64,000 nt of DNA from Hypanus sabinus (lineage: Eukaryota). The stretch spans positions 27,404,001-27,468,000 of the forward strand of contig NC_082731.1 of assembly GCF_030144855.1 (NCBI RefSeq). The letters are read 5' to 3'. Shown here one piece after another: positions 48,485-61,110 of this stretch; position 1 is the stretch's first letter; each line of letters opens with the position of its first letter. The notes beneath the pieces are model-generated. The model was not told where the DNA came from. It made no database searches and worked only from the letters and a program-made list of their open reading frames with translations. Made by a program: the position numbers and the translations under genes.

Positions 48485-50657
48485 CTTTCTTTTCAAATCA
48501 TTTATTATTATTCAAAAATACACAGGTACATCGAAGTGACAACACTTACAATGCCTCAAAAATGTTTTTCTTAAAGATTGAAAATTTTCGTGAATTAAAA
48601 AACCCTACTATAAGCAAGAAAAGTGAGAAAAGAAAAGATCCCATTTAGGCACAACCCCAGAGCCATGTGTCATATAGAAAGCTTCTAAAAATAAACATCA
48701 GTCCGCCAACAAGAAGAAAAAGTATATCAAAACAAAATTTACACTTAGATCGTGGAGGAAACCTATCAGTTAACTGAAATGATAGTAACAAGCAAACGAG
48801 ACCCATCTCTTCTCAAAATCAAATAAAGTTTCAAAGGTTCGACTTCTAATTTTCTCCTAACTGAGACACAGCATCAGTTGAGAAAACCATTGTGACAAAG
48901 TAGGAGCAAATATATCCTTCCATTTCAACAAGATGGCCCTCCTAGCTATCAATGTAACAAACGCAATAACATGTTGGTCAGACAGAGAAATACCATGAAT
49001 ATTTTGAGGAATTATTCCAAAATGCACAGTCAATTTATTAGGTTTTAAATTGATTCTAAGTGCTTTAGAAATGGTCAAAAAGACTGACTTCAAGAACGGT
49101 TTTTATATAGAACATGACCAGAACATATGTGTCAGTGTAGCTATCTCAGTTTTACCTCTATCACAATAGTTGTCAACATTGGGAAATATTTTAGAAGGTC
49201 TCTCTTTTGTCCAATGGTAACGATATACAATTTTAAATTGAATCAGTGAATGACTAGCACGCACCGAGGAAGAGTTAACCAACTTCAGAATCCGAGTCCA
49301 ATCCTCCCATATAAAAGTCAAATTGAGTTCCTGCTCCCAATCCTGTTTAATCTTAAGTAAAAGGTGCTTTTCCCATTGTAATAATAAATTATAAATTCTT
49401 CCAATAGAACCTTTCATCAAGGGGTTCATATTCATAATAGTATCTAACAAGTCAGCCTCCAATATATAAGGACAATTACTTAAATATTTTTGTAAAAAAT
49501 GTCTAACTTGAAGATATTGTAAAAAATGTGAATATGAAAGAGAATATTTATTGACTAATTGTTCAAAAGACATCAACCTGCCTCCTTTCAATAAGTCCAA
49601 AAAAGACTTAATACCTTTATTTTTCCAAAGTAAAAAAAAAGGATCACTCCAGGAAGGTTTAAAGAAGTAATTACGATAAATTATACAACAAAGTTTAAAT
49701 TTTTTAAGATTAAAAGAATTGCAAAACTGGAGCCAAATTTGTAAAGAGTGCTTAACCACAGGATATAAATTTAAATTAGCAACTTTAGCTAATTGTATAG
49801 GTAGAGCAGCTCCTGATAACAAAGTTAAATAAAACTGTTTCATAGCTCTCAGTTCCAGGTCTGCCCAAATTGGCCGGTCATTCCTATCACCCCAATATAA
49901 CCAAAAGGACATATATCGCAAATTAACAGCCCAATAATACATTCTTAGATTAGGCAAAGCGAGACCTCTGTCCTTTTTCCACTTTTATGAATGATTTTTA
50001 CTGATCTTTGGTCTTGTATTATCCCAAATAAAAGATAGAATAATAGAGTCAATCTGATCAACAAACTTCTTAATCAAAAAAAGGAATATTCTGAAATAAA
50101 TATGAACATTTTGGTAAATTCATCATTTTAACTATATGAATACGACCAACAAGTGAAAATGTAAGTGGGCTCCATCTACTAAATGAGTACTTCATAGGAG
50201 TCCACTAAAGGAGGAAAATTAGCTTTATAAAGATCCTGGCCTGCAGTTCCATGCTACTTCGCAAAGTAAAACTAAGGGCATATGTGTCTTTATTAAATCT
50301 AATATATTTACTCAAGAGGATATTGAATCAGATGCTAATGGTAGATTTTTAATTGTTAAAGGAGTGATTTGTAATAGAAAGGTTGTTTTAGTTAATTTGT
50401 ATGGTCCTAATTTAGATGATCCTTTTTTTAAAAAAAGTATTTGCTTTATTGGAGATTTAAATGAGTATATGTTAATAATGGGTGGGGATTTCAACTGTTG
50501 TTTAAGTCCTATGATTGATAAGAGTTCAACTAATTAGAGACTTCCAAACTGCTCCACATCAGTGATCAGCTCCATTTTGATTTATTTTGGGTTGATCAAA
50601 TTATGGAGGCATTTACACCCTGATAATAGAGAATATTCCTTCTTTTCACATGTCTAC
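48485..50657 (-). mobile_element. L1-clade LINE with an inverted 5' segment and 17-bp TSD
   Basis: Minus ORF2 C-terminus (49103-49957). Plus-strand endonuclease piece at ~50243-50657 (DANGRFLIVKG, NLYGPN, GGDFN, EYSFFSHV). AGAACAATGGGTTTATT at 48468-84 and 50658-74. Confidence 0.9.
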
Positions 50658-51784
50658 AGAACAATGGGTTTATTGCATTTATTAGATATAAAGATTAGAT
50701 ATAGATATATTAGATATTGCGTTATTATATATAAAGATCCTTCTGCACTGTCCCATCCTCCCAGGGCGGAGGCAGCAGATGTTAGACACAGAGTGAAACT
50801 TCCCCCAACCTGTCCCATCACACGCTCACGGGATACGAGTTGCACTTCACTGTTCAAATGAATTGCTTATTCTCAGTTCACAGACAGAGCAACTGCTCTA
50901 ATTTCTTGCTCTCCTCCAACCCCCGACTGGGTTTGTTTTACAAGTGCTTTCCTACATTAATCAGTGTTGCTGGTGATTCAGTGAAAGTGGTTGTGAGATA
51001 AAGTGCTGACATTTACAGACACCTTTCATGGTGTCCCCGAGCTCTTCACAGGCAATGAAGTAGTTTCAAAGTACAGCCCTGTTGTAGAGTCGGGAATGTG
51101 GAGCCACTCTGCACACAGCAGAATCCACAAACTGCAAGGGGAGAACGATCAGACAGTCTGTTCTGGAGATGTTATTGAAGGAGAAATATTGTCCAGAACA
51201 CCGTGGACACAGTGAACCAATGGACAGGTACAAGGTTGGATTCGGAGTGATGGGAAACAGGGCAGTACATCAAAGCAGATGAGTAGTGCAGAGGGATGGA
51301 TGAACAGTCCACGGATACCACCACAACAAAACTGACAAATCTAAACTCAGTTCATCATAATCTGCAACAGGTTTGTACCTGTGGTCAGATTTCCAACATC
51401 TTAATAGTTGGTATTGTTTTTAAAATCTAGTCATTAGTAATGATAACCGTTCAGTTTTACTGATGTCCCTCAGGGAAGGAGATCTCTCATCCTTACCCTT
51501 CGAGCCTATTTATGACTCCTGACCCATCAATGTGTTTGTCTCCAAATGCCCTCTGAATGGCAGCTCAGATGTGTAATTCATTCAGACTGAACTGACAAAG
51601 CCCGGAACCAAAAAGGTGAATAAATAAAATTGCCCATCTGTTGCTCATGCTACCCGATGTTGTATCCACTTTTCTACAAAACAGACTAAAATCAGACCGT
51701 CTCCCCCAATCTAGTGATTCAACATCAACCATTTTGGATAAATTCTGTAGGGTCATTTCATTGCAAATTTCTTCTGAGCTGATC

Positions 51785-52337
51785 CACCCAGATCCAGATC
51801 CCCTCTTCACCCCAGCACCCTGTGACCCACCCAGATCCAGTTCCCCTCTTCACCCCAGCACCCTGTGACCCACCCAGATCCATTTCCCCTCTTCACCCCA
51901 GCACCCTGTGACCCACCCAGATCCAATTCCCTTCTTCACCACAGCACCCTGTGACCCCCCCAGATCCAGATCCCCTCTTCACCCCAGCACCCTGTGACCC
52001 ACCCAGATCCAGTTCCCCTCTTCACCCCAGCACCCTGTGACCCACCCAGATCCAGTTCCCCTCTTCACCCCAGCACCCTGTGACACACCCAGATCCAGAT
52101 CCCCTCTTCACCCCAGCACCCTGTGACCCACACAGATCCAGTTCCCCTCTTCACCCCAGCACCCTGTGACCCACCGAGATCCAGATCCCCCTTCACCCCA
52201 GCACCCTGTGACCCACCCAGATCCAGTTCCCCTCTTCACCCCAGCACCCTGTGACCCACCCAGATCCAGTTCCCCTCTTCACCCCAGCACCCTGTGACCC
52301 ACCCAGATCCAGTTCCCCTCTTCACCCCAGCACCCTG
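51785..52337 (+). repeat. 43-bp C-rich minisatellite (13 units) in the J-CH1 intron
   Basis: Unit cacccagatccagttcccctcttcaccccagcaccctgtgacc at 51785, 51828, 51871 ... 52300; one unit is 42 bp. Confidence 0.97.
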
Positions 52338-52399
52338 CTGTCAGTTTGATGGGTGTTTTTATAAAGACCCAGAGGAACACTGATCCAGACAGAACTGTT

Positions 52400-52690
52400 A
52401 CAATTACAATCCCCACAATTACCAAGCATAGAAATATAGAAAACCTTCAGCACCATACAAGCCCTTTGGTCCGCAATGCTGTGCCGAACATGTACTTACT
52501 TCAGAAATTACCTAGGTTTAGCTATAGCCCTCTATTTTTCTAAGCTCCATGTACCTATCCGGGAGTCTCTAAAAAGACCCTACAGTATCCACCTCCACCA
52601 CCATTGCTGGCAACCCATTCCATGCAATCACCACTCTCTGTGTAAAAAAAATTACACCTGGCATCTCCTCTGTACCTACTTCCAAGCACC
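52400..52690 (-). mobile_element. CR1 3' end
   Basis: FFTQRVVIAWNGLP motif on the reverse strand. Confidence 0.6.
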
Positions 52691-54645
52691 AAGTGTCAGA
52701 GTGTTCTGGACCCAGAGTCCCTGCAGGGTGCTGCTTGAGGCTATTTAATGTTGAGGCCCCAATAAACCTCACTGCAAGCCTTCCGCATCCAGAAACCCAG
52801 CGGGTTCCCAGCTTTCCCTGTGTAGCAAGGTGGGGAGAGTCCCAGCAGGTTAGAACCAGCACCATTCAGCCCGGTCTGTGTGGACATGGTCCAGTTGGCA
52901 CCGTGCCCTGTGCTTTCTCTCCTGTGACACTTCACCCACAGCACAGGTCAGCTTGTCCCCCTGTTTCACAGAAGTTGTGTGAGACATCAGCATTTCACTG
53001 GGTGTTCCAGGCTCAGTCTGAAGGAATGAGAAAGGGACCATTTCTCTGCTCTGCCTGTCCTGTCAACCTGAATCAACTGTGTTTACTCAGGAAGGCAAAT
53101 GTTCTGAGTTCACAGTCCCCAGAGTCAGCTGGAAATGGTTCTAAACAATGCAGCTGTCATTATTGACCGGTTAAATTATATCAATTCCTATTTACTTGTT
53201 ATATTTATTTATTTACATTTATTCTATTTGAAACCCAGATTTCAATATTTTATGGTCTTCATCCCGGAGTGAAAACTGTGAAGTGAATATTTCATTATTT
53301 TGCTCCTGATTGAAATTGTGACCTTTCCACCACTCCACTTCTACTCCAAATGTTGAGTTTGCTGCCCTTCCGATAGCAGAATCGATCTGAAGCCTGAGTG
53401 TGTCTATTGACCATCTTACTGTTGGACTACAAATCCCTCATCTACTGCAATTCAGACTGTCTGACACATACTCTCCCACTAGTCTCCTACTCCCAGAGAT
53501 CCTGCATGTTCCGCTGTGTCCACACAGTCTTTTTGGGTGATTTTAACCTCATCCACCAGCAACAATCTGTCATTGACAGAGTCAATCATGAGGTAAATGA
53601 TGTCACGTGGGTGGGTCAGAACAAATCCCGTCCACAACACTGTCCAAGGTAATTCTGACAACTGGTCAAACCACATCTCCTCAACATAACCACCTGTCAA
53701 AGCTGTCAATTGGTCAATTAATTAATTGATCCTGACACTTTTACTGACCTTGGTAAGTCAACACTTCTCCTTTTCCAGTGAAATGAATTGAGAACCAGTG
53801 ATTTCAAGTGTATTTTGCACCTTAAGTGGTTGGGAATTGCCACAACCTGCATTTCCTCACTGGACTGTCTGGGCTGGTCATTCAGTGAGAATATCACCTA
53901 CATCTAACGGCATTTTGAGATTCCTCCATCTGCCCAGGAATCTCATGTGTTGGCTGACACTTCTCCACAGAGTCTGGACTAATATATTTTCACAGTCCCT
54001 CTGTCCTTTCTGATGCAAATTACCATTCCCTCCCGGTTACTCAGTAGTTTCCACAGGCTCAGTGAGGTTGAAATTCTTGCTCAGTCATACACGGTAAATA
54101 TGTGAGGCAGTGTCAGCTGTATCATGTAGTCTGTTGAGTTGAATTTCAGAAGCAGAGTCCATTTCCCAACCTCCACCATATTGCATACACGGTGCTGGAG
54201 ACCAGGTACCAATATATCCACACCAATCACTCCTCTCATCAACAGCAACACTGAACTGATCAGAATTATTCAAATAAGTTACTTCTAAATCTTACTTCTT
54301 CTGTAAACTCTGCTGATCAGGGGCTAACAGAGTTTTCAGAATCAGGAATTGTATTTGGATTGTCACTTTGGTATTTTGACTGAAATCCGACCAATCGGAC
54401 ATTGAGTCACTGCCTCAGTCCCGCACTGAAGTGTTGGCCTGGATTGTGTGTCCAAGTTGCCACTGTGGGATTGATCCACACCCTCCTACCTCAGCAACAC
54501 AGACTCACAGCTGAGTGTTGAGGTTATATCAGCTTTGTTTGATGGGGTGAATAATTTTGAGAATTACTACTTTATATAATGTCTCCTTTCTCTGTCGGTA
54601 ATGCATTTATTCAGAGAACCATCTGTGAATTTCTTTCAATTTCAG

Positions 54646-54957
54646 AGGTCAAGTCTGTGCCATCAGTCTACATCACTCCTTCCTGCAACAGAGAATCTGA
54701 CCAAGGCATCAGGCTCCTCTGTCTGGTCAAGGACTACCAGCCGGAGAGCATCAGTCAGACATGGTCCACTAACAGTGGGGACATCACCACAGGAATCAAG
54801 AAATACCCGGCGGTGTTGGGGCAAAATTCAAAGTACACGATGAGCAGCTTGCTCGAAGTCTCTGCGGCAGACTGGAAGAATAAAGTCTACTACTGCAAGG
54901 CCGGGTACAAGCCAAACGAGATTAAGACAGCGGAGTGGCGGAAACCTCAACCTCAAC
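54646..54957 (+). CDS. IgW: IgW CH1 exon
   Basis: ttcag acceptor, phase 1. EVKSVPSVYITPSC..LLCLVKDYQPESISQTW..YYCKAGYKP matches recalled IgW C1. Donor c|gttagt. Confidence 0.93.
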
Positions 54958-55832
54958 GTTAGTATCAGAAATAATTTATATTTAAAGCTGCACTGATGTT
55001 AGAGCATAAATCTGGAGTAGGAAGCTTAGTCCGATAATGTAGGAACGTGGCAACTAACTCCTTTATTCTGCTCTTACAATGGCAGTGAGAAACGTATGAA
55101 AGTCAATTTGAGCAGCGAAACTCAGTATCAGGATCTGCTTCCATTGTATCCAATCCATTGTCTAATTTCAGAAGCCTCTCCACCACACCCTCCCACTAAA
55201 CCCTCCGTACAGATCAGCTCCTGTACACATACAGAGACCACTGGCCCATCGTACCCCTGCACACAGAACAACAATTTAAACTTTACCCCACTCCTCCCGC
55301 ACTTTCTCCTCCACCCTGCAGCTGCCCCCTCTTCAGGTAAAGCAATCCCTGGTGAATGTGATGAAGGAAGCCACTCCACTGCCTTTCTTTAACCATCTTC
55401 TCACAGACCTGAACAAGCCTTTGCAGTTACAAAATAATTCCCTCCTGTCCATCTGCTCATTTTTCCCACTGACCCTAAAATTGTGTTTCCCAAACTCGCC
55501 AGTGGAAACAGTACCACACCATGTACTCCTGCTCACAGGAGCTGGTCTCAGTCATTCTCCATTAAACAATTAGATCACGGCAGGTCTGCACCTTAACCCC
55601 ATGACCCACCTCTCTGTATTATCATAGCATGTGGGACACACTGCTGGGAGGCCCAAGTGATACACCCAGCCCTCCCACTCACTGGTTTGAGCCATCAGAT
55701 CATCAGATCAGCTGTAAATTAACAACATTCTTGAGAGGGCTGGAACTGGGGAACTTGCCTGGGATGAGGGGGAATGAAGTAAAAAACATGGGCAAAGCAA
55801 TCATGTACTGACAGATATTAAATGTGTTACAG

Positions 55833-56129
55833 CTCCGAAGCTCAGCTCCCTTGTTCCATCCCGGGAGGTGATCCACAGTCAAGCAAATGCTGTCCTGGGC
55901 TGTGTGATATCTGGATTCTCTCCTGACAACGTTCAGGTATCCTGGAAAAAAGGTGGATCTGCCCAAGTAGGCTTCGTTCTCCCTTCCTCTCGGAGATCTG
56001 GTGGTGGATTTGAAACAATCACTTACCTGACAGTGCCTGTGAAGGAATGGAAGAAACAGAAATATACTTGTGAAGTGAATCACACACCTTCTGGTTTCAT
56101 TGGTCAGGTCAACATGACGTATCAAGAGG
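55833..56129 (+). CDS. IgW: IgW CH2 exon
   Basis: ttacag acceptor, phase 1. PKLSSLVPSREV..AVLGCVISGFSPDNVQVSWKK..YTCEVNHTPSG..NMTYQE. Donor g|gtgagt. Confidence 0.93.
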
Positions 56130-56809
56130 GTGAGTGATATCTGAAGAAAAATTAATTAACTTACAGCACTGAACTACTTAACGGATACTCCCACACAATT
56201 CCTGTCCCTACTGTCAATCTTGTTGAGTGATGAACAGATGATCTTTGTACTTTGAATCAATTCATATCACCAGCAGCTTTAACCCCATCTACTGGGCTGG
56301 AAAGTGTAAGATTAGATCTCCTGTCCATTGTGTCTCAATAATTTCAGTTGTCTCTGTTTGTAGCTATAATGAAAATAAGTTAGTGAGTAAAACTCACATC
56401 CCATGCTTTACCATCTGGAGAAAACCTCCCTTTCCCCTTTTCACTGTCTAATCAGTGTTAGTTCCTCAAAAAATATCTCTGCAATTTTGTATTTGCTTCA
56501 GTCCCCAGAGTCTGTTTCCAGTGTTTCCTGAGAGACTCTTCAGTTGATTGTCCACTCACTGAAATGTAGGTGCCTGGATTATTTTTGAATTGATGCCCAA
56601 TCCTCAAGTGAATGTTCTGACCTTGTGTCCTCAGATTCTTGACCAGGTTCAGAGAGCACATGCATTTATCATGGCTGATATAACCTCATCCGAATAGGAT
56701 GCGATATACAGAGGATAGAGAGTGGGAATATGTGGGGGTCCTTTTTTCCAAGCATGGGAAAAGAGCTGAAAATATCTAACACTTAAATCTATGAATCTCT
56801 CATTTCCAG

Positions 56810-56940
56810 GTGGAAACTGTCCCAGCTGTTTTTTGAAGCCTGTGCCAAGGTTCTTTTACCTGAGTAATCTTAATGCAACATTCTCAGATGGTTCAACCCA
56901 ACAGTATCATTGTTCAGCAGGGAAGTGTGAAATAAAGTGA
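56810..56940 (+). CDS. IgW: IgW short-form Cys-rich secretory tail exon (GGNCPSCFLKPVPRFFYLSNLNATFSDGSTQQYHCSAGKCEIK*)
   Basis: Acceptor tctctcatttccag, phase 1 and in frame with CH2. Stop TGA at 56938-40. Closely matches the recalled nurse-shark two-domain IgW tail (...SNLNVSFSDGSTQQYHC.AGKCEIK). Confidence 0.9.
56931..56936 (+). terminator. AATAAA poly(A) hexamer overlapping the last codons of the secretory exon
   Basis: gAA-ATA-AAg-TGA. No other AATAAA or ATTAAA before the L1 at 57306. Confidence 0.55.
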
Positions 56941-57039
56941 TTGGCTGTGTATACAATTCTTCATTGAATTTCATTACAATCCATTTACTGGATTCCAGAC
57001 CTGCCCCGGTATCCATTGGGATGGAAATTTAAGAGCGAG

Positions 57040-60000
57040 AGAAGAAAACACATGATTCAAACTGACTACCTCTCCAATCACATTTCTATTCGACTTTCTA
57101 CTATCCTGAAGGCCACTGTTTTCAATTTGACTTCCCATTCCCATTCTGACCTGTCTGCAACTGGCATGATGAGGCTAAAGTCAGGTTGGAGTAGCAACAC
57201 CTCATGTTCCATCCAGATATCTGCCAGCCTGATAGCTTGAGTTCTAACTTTTGCAAACTCCAGTAATCTCCCATTCCATTATCTCTCTTCATTCCATTAT
57301 TTTCTTTCTTTTTCAATCTTTTTATTAAATTTCATATATATATAAAAAAACACAGCATGATAATGAATAGATTACAAATTCAATAAACTTGAAATTACAT
57401 TAGTAATAGGATAATAATATCCTATTAAACATCAATCAACAAAAGGTACATTGATCAATCAAGTCTATATAAATATATATGAAAAAAAACAAAAATAATC
57501 AAAAGAGAAAAAAAAAATTGAAAATATATAGAAGAAAATATATATTGAGAAAAATACTAAACTAAACTAACATGGGCAATAAGAACAGTTTATAAGTATG
57601 TGATAGTGTCAAGAAAAAACTCCGGAACTCCATACCTGAACAAGAATAAGTAAAGAAAAGGATCTGAAAAAGGCCAAATTAATTCATATGAAAATGTCGA
57701 ATGAACGGTCCCCAGGTTTCTTCAAATTTAATTGATGAGTCAAAAATAGTGCTTCTAATTTTTTCCAAACTCAGATAGGAAATAGTTTGAGAGAACCACT
57801 GAGATGTGGTAGGAGGATTTATTTCTTTCCAGTTTTGTAATATAGACCTTCTGGCAATTAATGTTACAAAAGCAATCATTCGTCTGATTGAAGGGGAAAA
57901 CTGATTACCATCTTCATTTGGCATACCAAAAATTGCAGTAATAAAATGAGGTTGTAAATCGATATTCCATACTGAGGAAATGACATCAAAAATGTCCTTC
58001 CAATAGTTATGTAAAGTGGGACATGACCAAAACATGTGGGTCAATGAAGCCACTTCTAAGTGACATCTGTCACATTGAGGATTGATATGCGAGTAGAATC
58101 GAGCAAGCTTATCTTTAGACATATAAGCTCTATGTACAATTTTAAATTGTATTAAAGCATGTTTAGCACATATAGAAGAGGAATTAACCATTTGCAAAAT
58201 TTTTTCCCATTTATCTGTTGATATATTATATCGAAGTTCTTTTTCCCATTCTTGTTTAATTCTATCTGATATTTCTGGTTGTATCTTCATAATCATGTTA
58301 TAAATAAAAGCTACTAATCCCTTCTGGCAGGGATTAAAGGTAAAAATCAAATCTGAAAAATCCAATGGAGTTGAATTGGGAAAAGATGGAAGAACTTTAT
58401 GTAAGAAATTTCTAATTTGTAAGTATCTAAAAAAATTAGATTTAGGTAATTTAAATTTGTTAGAAAGTTGATCAAAAGACATCAAAGTACCTTCAAAAAA
58501 AAAGATCACGAAAACATTTTATACCTTTTCTTTTCCATATGCTAAAAGCTTGATCTGTCAATGAAGGTTTGAAAAAAAAAATTAAATAAAATAGGGCTGT
58601 CAAGTACAAAGTTTTTCAGATTAAAAAATTTACGAAATTGAAACCAAATTCGTAGTGTATGCTTGACAACAGGGTTAGATATCTGTTTATTGAATTTAAC
58701 TAAATCAACAGGAAGAAAAGAACCAAGAACGGAGAATATAGAATTTCCCTTTACCTCACTACATTCCAAATTTACCCACTGTGGACACAATGGTGAGTCC
58801 AAATCTAGTTTCCAATACGTTAGGTTATGAATATTATTCGCCCAATAATAAAATCTAAAGTTAGGTAAAGCTAGACCACCATCTTTTTTAGATTTTTGTA
58901 ATTGCCTTTTGCTTAACCTGGGGTTTTTATTTTGCCACACAAATGAGGAAATTTTTGAATCAATGTTGTCAAAAAAAGATTTAGGAATAAAAATTGGTAA
59001 GGCTTGAAATAAATATAAAAATTTCGGTAAAATCATCATTTTAATAGCATTAATCCGACCAACTAATGATAAAAATAAGGGAGACCATCTTGTAGTAAGT
59101 TGTTGAATTTGATGAAGCATAGGTAAAAAATTCAGTCCAAATAAATCTTTATATTTCTTGGTGATTTTTATACCTAAATAGATAAAGTTATCAGTAACAA
59201 CTTTAAATGGCATCCTGTCATTCAATAAGGTTTGTGCGTAAAAGGGGAATAATTCACTCTTATCTAAGTTTAATTTATAACCAGAAAAACTACCAAATTG
59301 AGCCAACAAGGATAAAATAGCGGGAATAGACCTATTAGGATCAGAAATATATAACAGCAAATCATCAGCATAAAGTGATAATTTGTATAACTTCTCATTA
59401 CGGATGATACCAAAAATATTAGGAGATTCACAAATAGCAATGGCTAAAGGTTCTAATGCAATATTAAATAATAAAGGACTTAAAGGACAACCTTGACTCG
59501 TACCACGAGATAATTGAAAAAAAGAGGATCTATAATTATTTGTAAGAACAGAAGCAACAGGTTTATAATATATTAATTTAATCCATGATATAAAATTAGG
59601 ACTAAAATTAAAGTTTCTCAATGCATTAAATAAGTATGTCCATTCAACTTTATCAAAAGCTTTTTCAGCATCTAATGAGATAACACATTCTGGGGTTGTA
59701 GGTGATGAAGTATAAATCATGTTAATCAATTTTCTAATATTAAAAAAGGAATACCGATTCCTAATAAAACCAGTTTGATCTTCTGAAATAATCTGTGATA
59801 GTACCTTTTCTAATCTAATGGCTAAAATTTTTGTAAGAATCTTAGAGTCTACATTTAATAATGATATAGGGCGATAAGATGCACATAAAGTAGGATCTTT
59901 ATCTTTTTTAAGAATTAGAGAAATAGTAGCTTCATAAAAAGATTGAGGTAATCTCTTCTTAACAAACGCATCATTAAAGATTTCACATAGCCAAGGAGAA

Positions 60001-61110
60001 AGCAATAAAGAAAAAGTTTTTAAAAATTCTACAATAAAACCATCAGGACCAGGAGCTTTCCCTGAATTCATTGATGAGATAGCCTCTCTTATTTCGGCCA
60101 TAGAGATAGGAGCATCAAGCAAGCTACAATCTTCATCTATCAGTTTAGGAATATTCAAGTTGTTAAAAAAATTATCCATCATAGACAGGTCACCATCAAA
60201 TTCTGATTGATATAAAGATTTATAAAAATCTTGAAAAGTGTTATTGATTTCTTTATGATCAGTAGTTAAATTACCGTTTTGTTTACGAATTTTAATAATT
60301 TGTCGCTTAGTCGAAATAGCTTTTAATTGATTAGCTAACAATTTACCAGTTCGATCACTATGAATATAAAATTGAGCCCTGGTCTTAATTAATTGATTCT
60401 CAATTGAAGAAGATAATAATAAACTATGTTCCATTTGAAGCTCAACTCTCTTCTTATAAAGTTCTTTGGTAGGAGTAATGGAATAAATCTTATCAATTTC
60501 TTTAATTTTATCCACCAATAAAGCTATATCTAAATATCTTTGTTTTCTTTTACCAACGGAATATGAGATAATTTGTCCACGGATAAAAGCCTTGAAAGAG
60601 TCCCAAAGTATTCCTCTGTCAATCTCTTCGGTATAGTTTGTTGAAAAAAATAAGTCAATTTGTTGTTTTATGAAGGTAATAAATTCTGGATCTTGAAGCA
60701 AACATTCCATTATTTTCTAATCACCATATTAGATTTTATCACTTCTCCTCATCTGCCCATCATCTACATTTGGTTCCCCTCCTCTTGAACACTTTCCTCC
60801 ATGGTGCACTGTCCTGTCAGATTCCTTCTGCTTCAGCCATTTATCTCTTCCACATCCCCCACCAACTTCTTACTTCATACCCACTCCCCATCCACACCCT
60901 TTCCCCCTCACCTGGTCTCACCTCTCATCTGACAGAATGTATTCCTCTCCACTCCCCCCAGCTCTTATTCTGGCTTCTGCACATTTCCTTTCCAGTACCG
61001 GTGAAGCCACTCGGCCCAAAAGATCGACTGTTTATAGATGCTGCCGGACTTACTGTGTTCCAGCATTTTGTGTGTGTGTTGTTCAAGATTTTCAGCATCT
61101 GTAGAATCTC
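57040..61110 (+). mobile_element. Old Penelope-like 3' remnant split by the L1 (57040-57305 and 60703-61110)
   Basis: Sequence on both sides of the L1 joins into the same terminal repeat seen at 29375 and 40570-41010, with a decayed ribozyme core near 61000-61030. Confidence 0.55.
57306..60702 (-). mobile_element. 5'-truncated, young L1-clade LINE with 16-bp TSD
   Basis: ORF2 722 aa (GKAPGPDG, YRPISLLN, DAEKAFD, QGCPLSPLLF, YADD) plus 276 aa (CDRC..HMFWSC), split at A-homopolymers near 58500-58580. CATTCCATTATTTTCT at 57290-305 and 60703-18. Confidence 0.95.
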
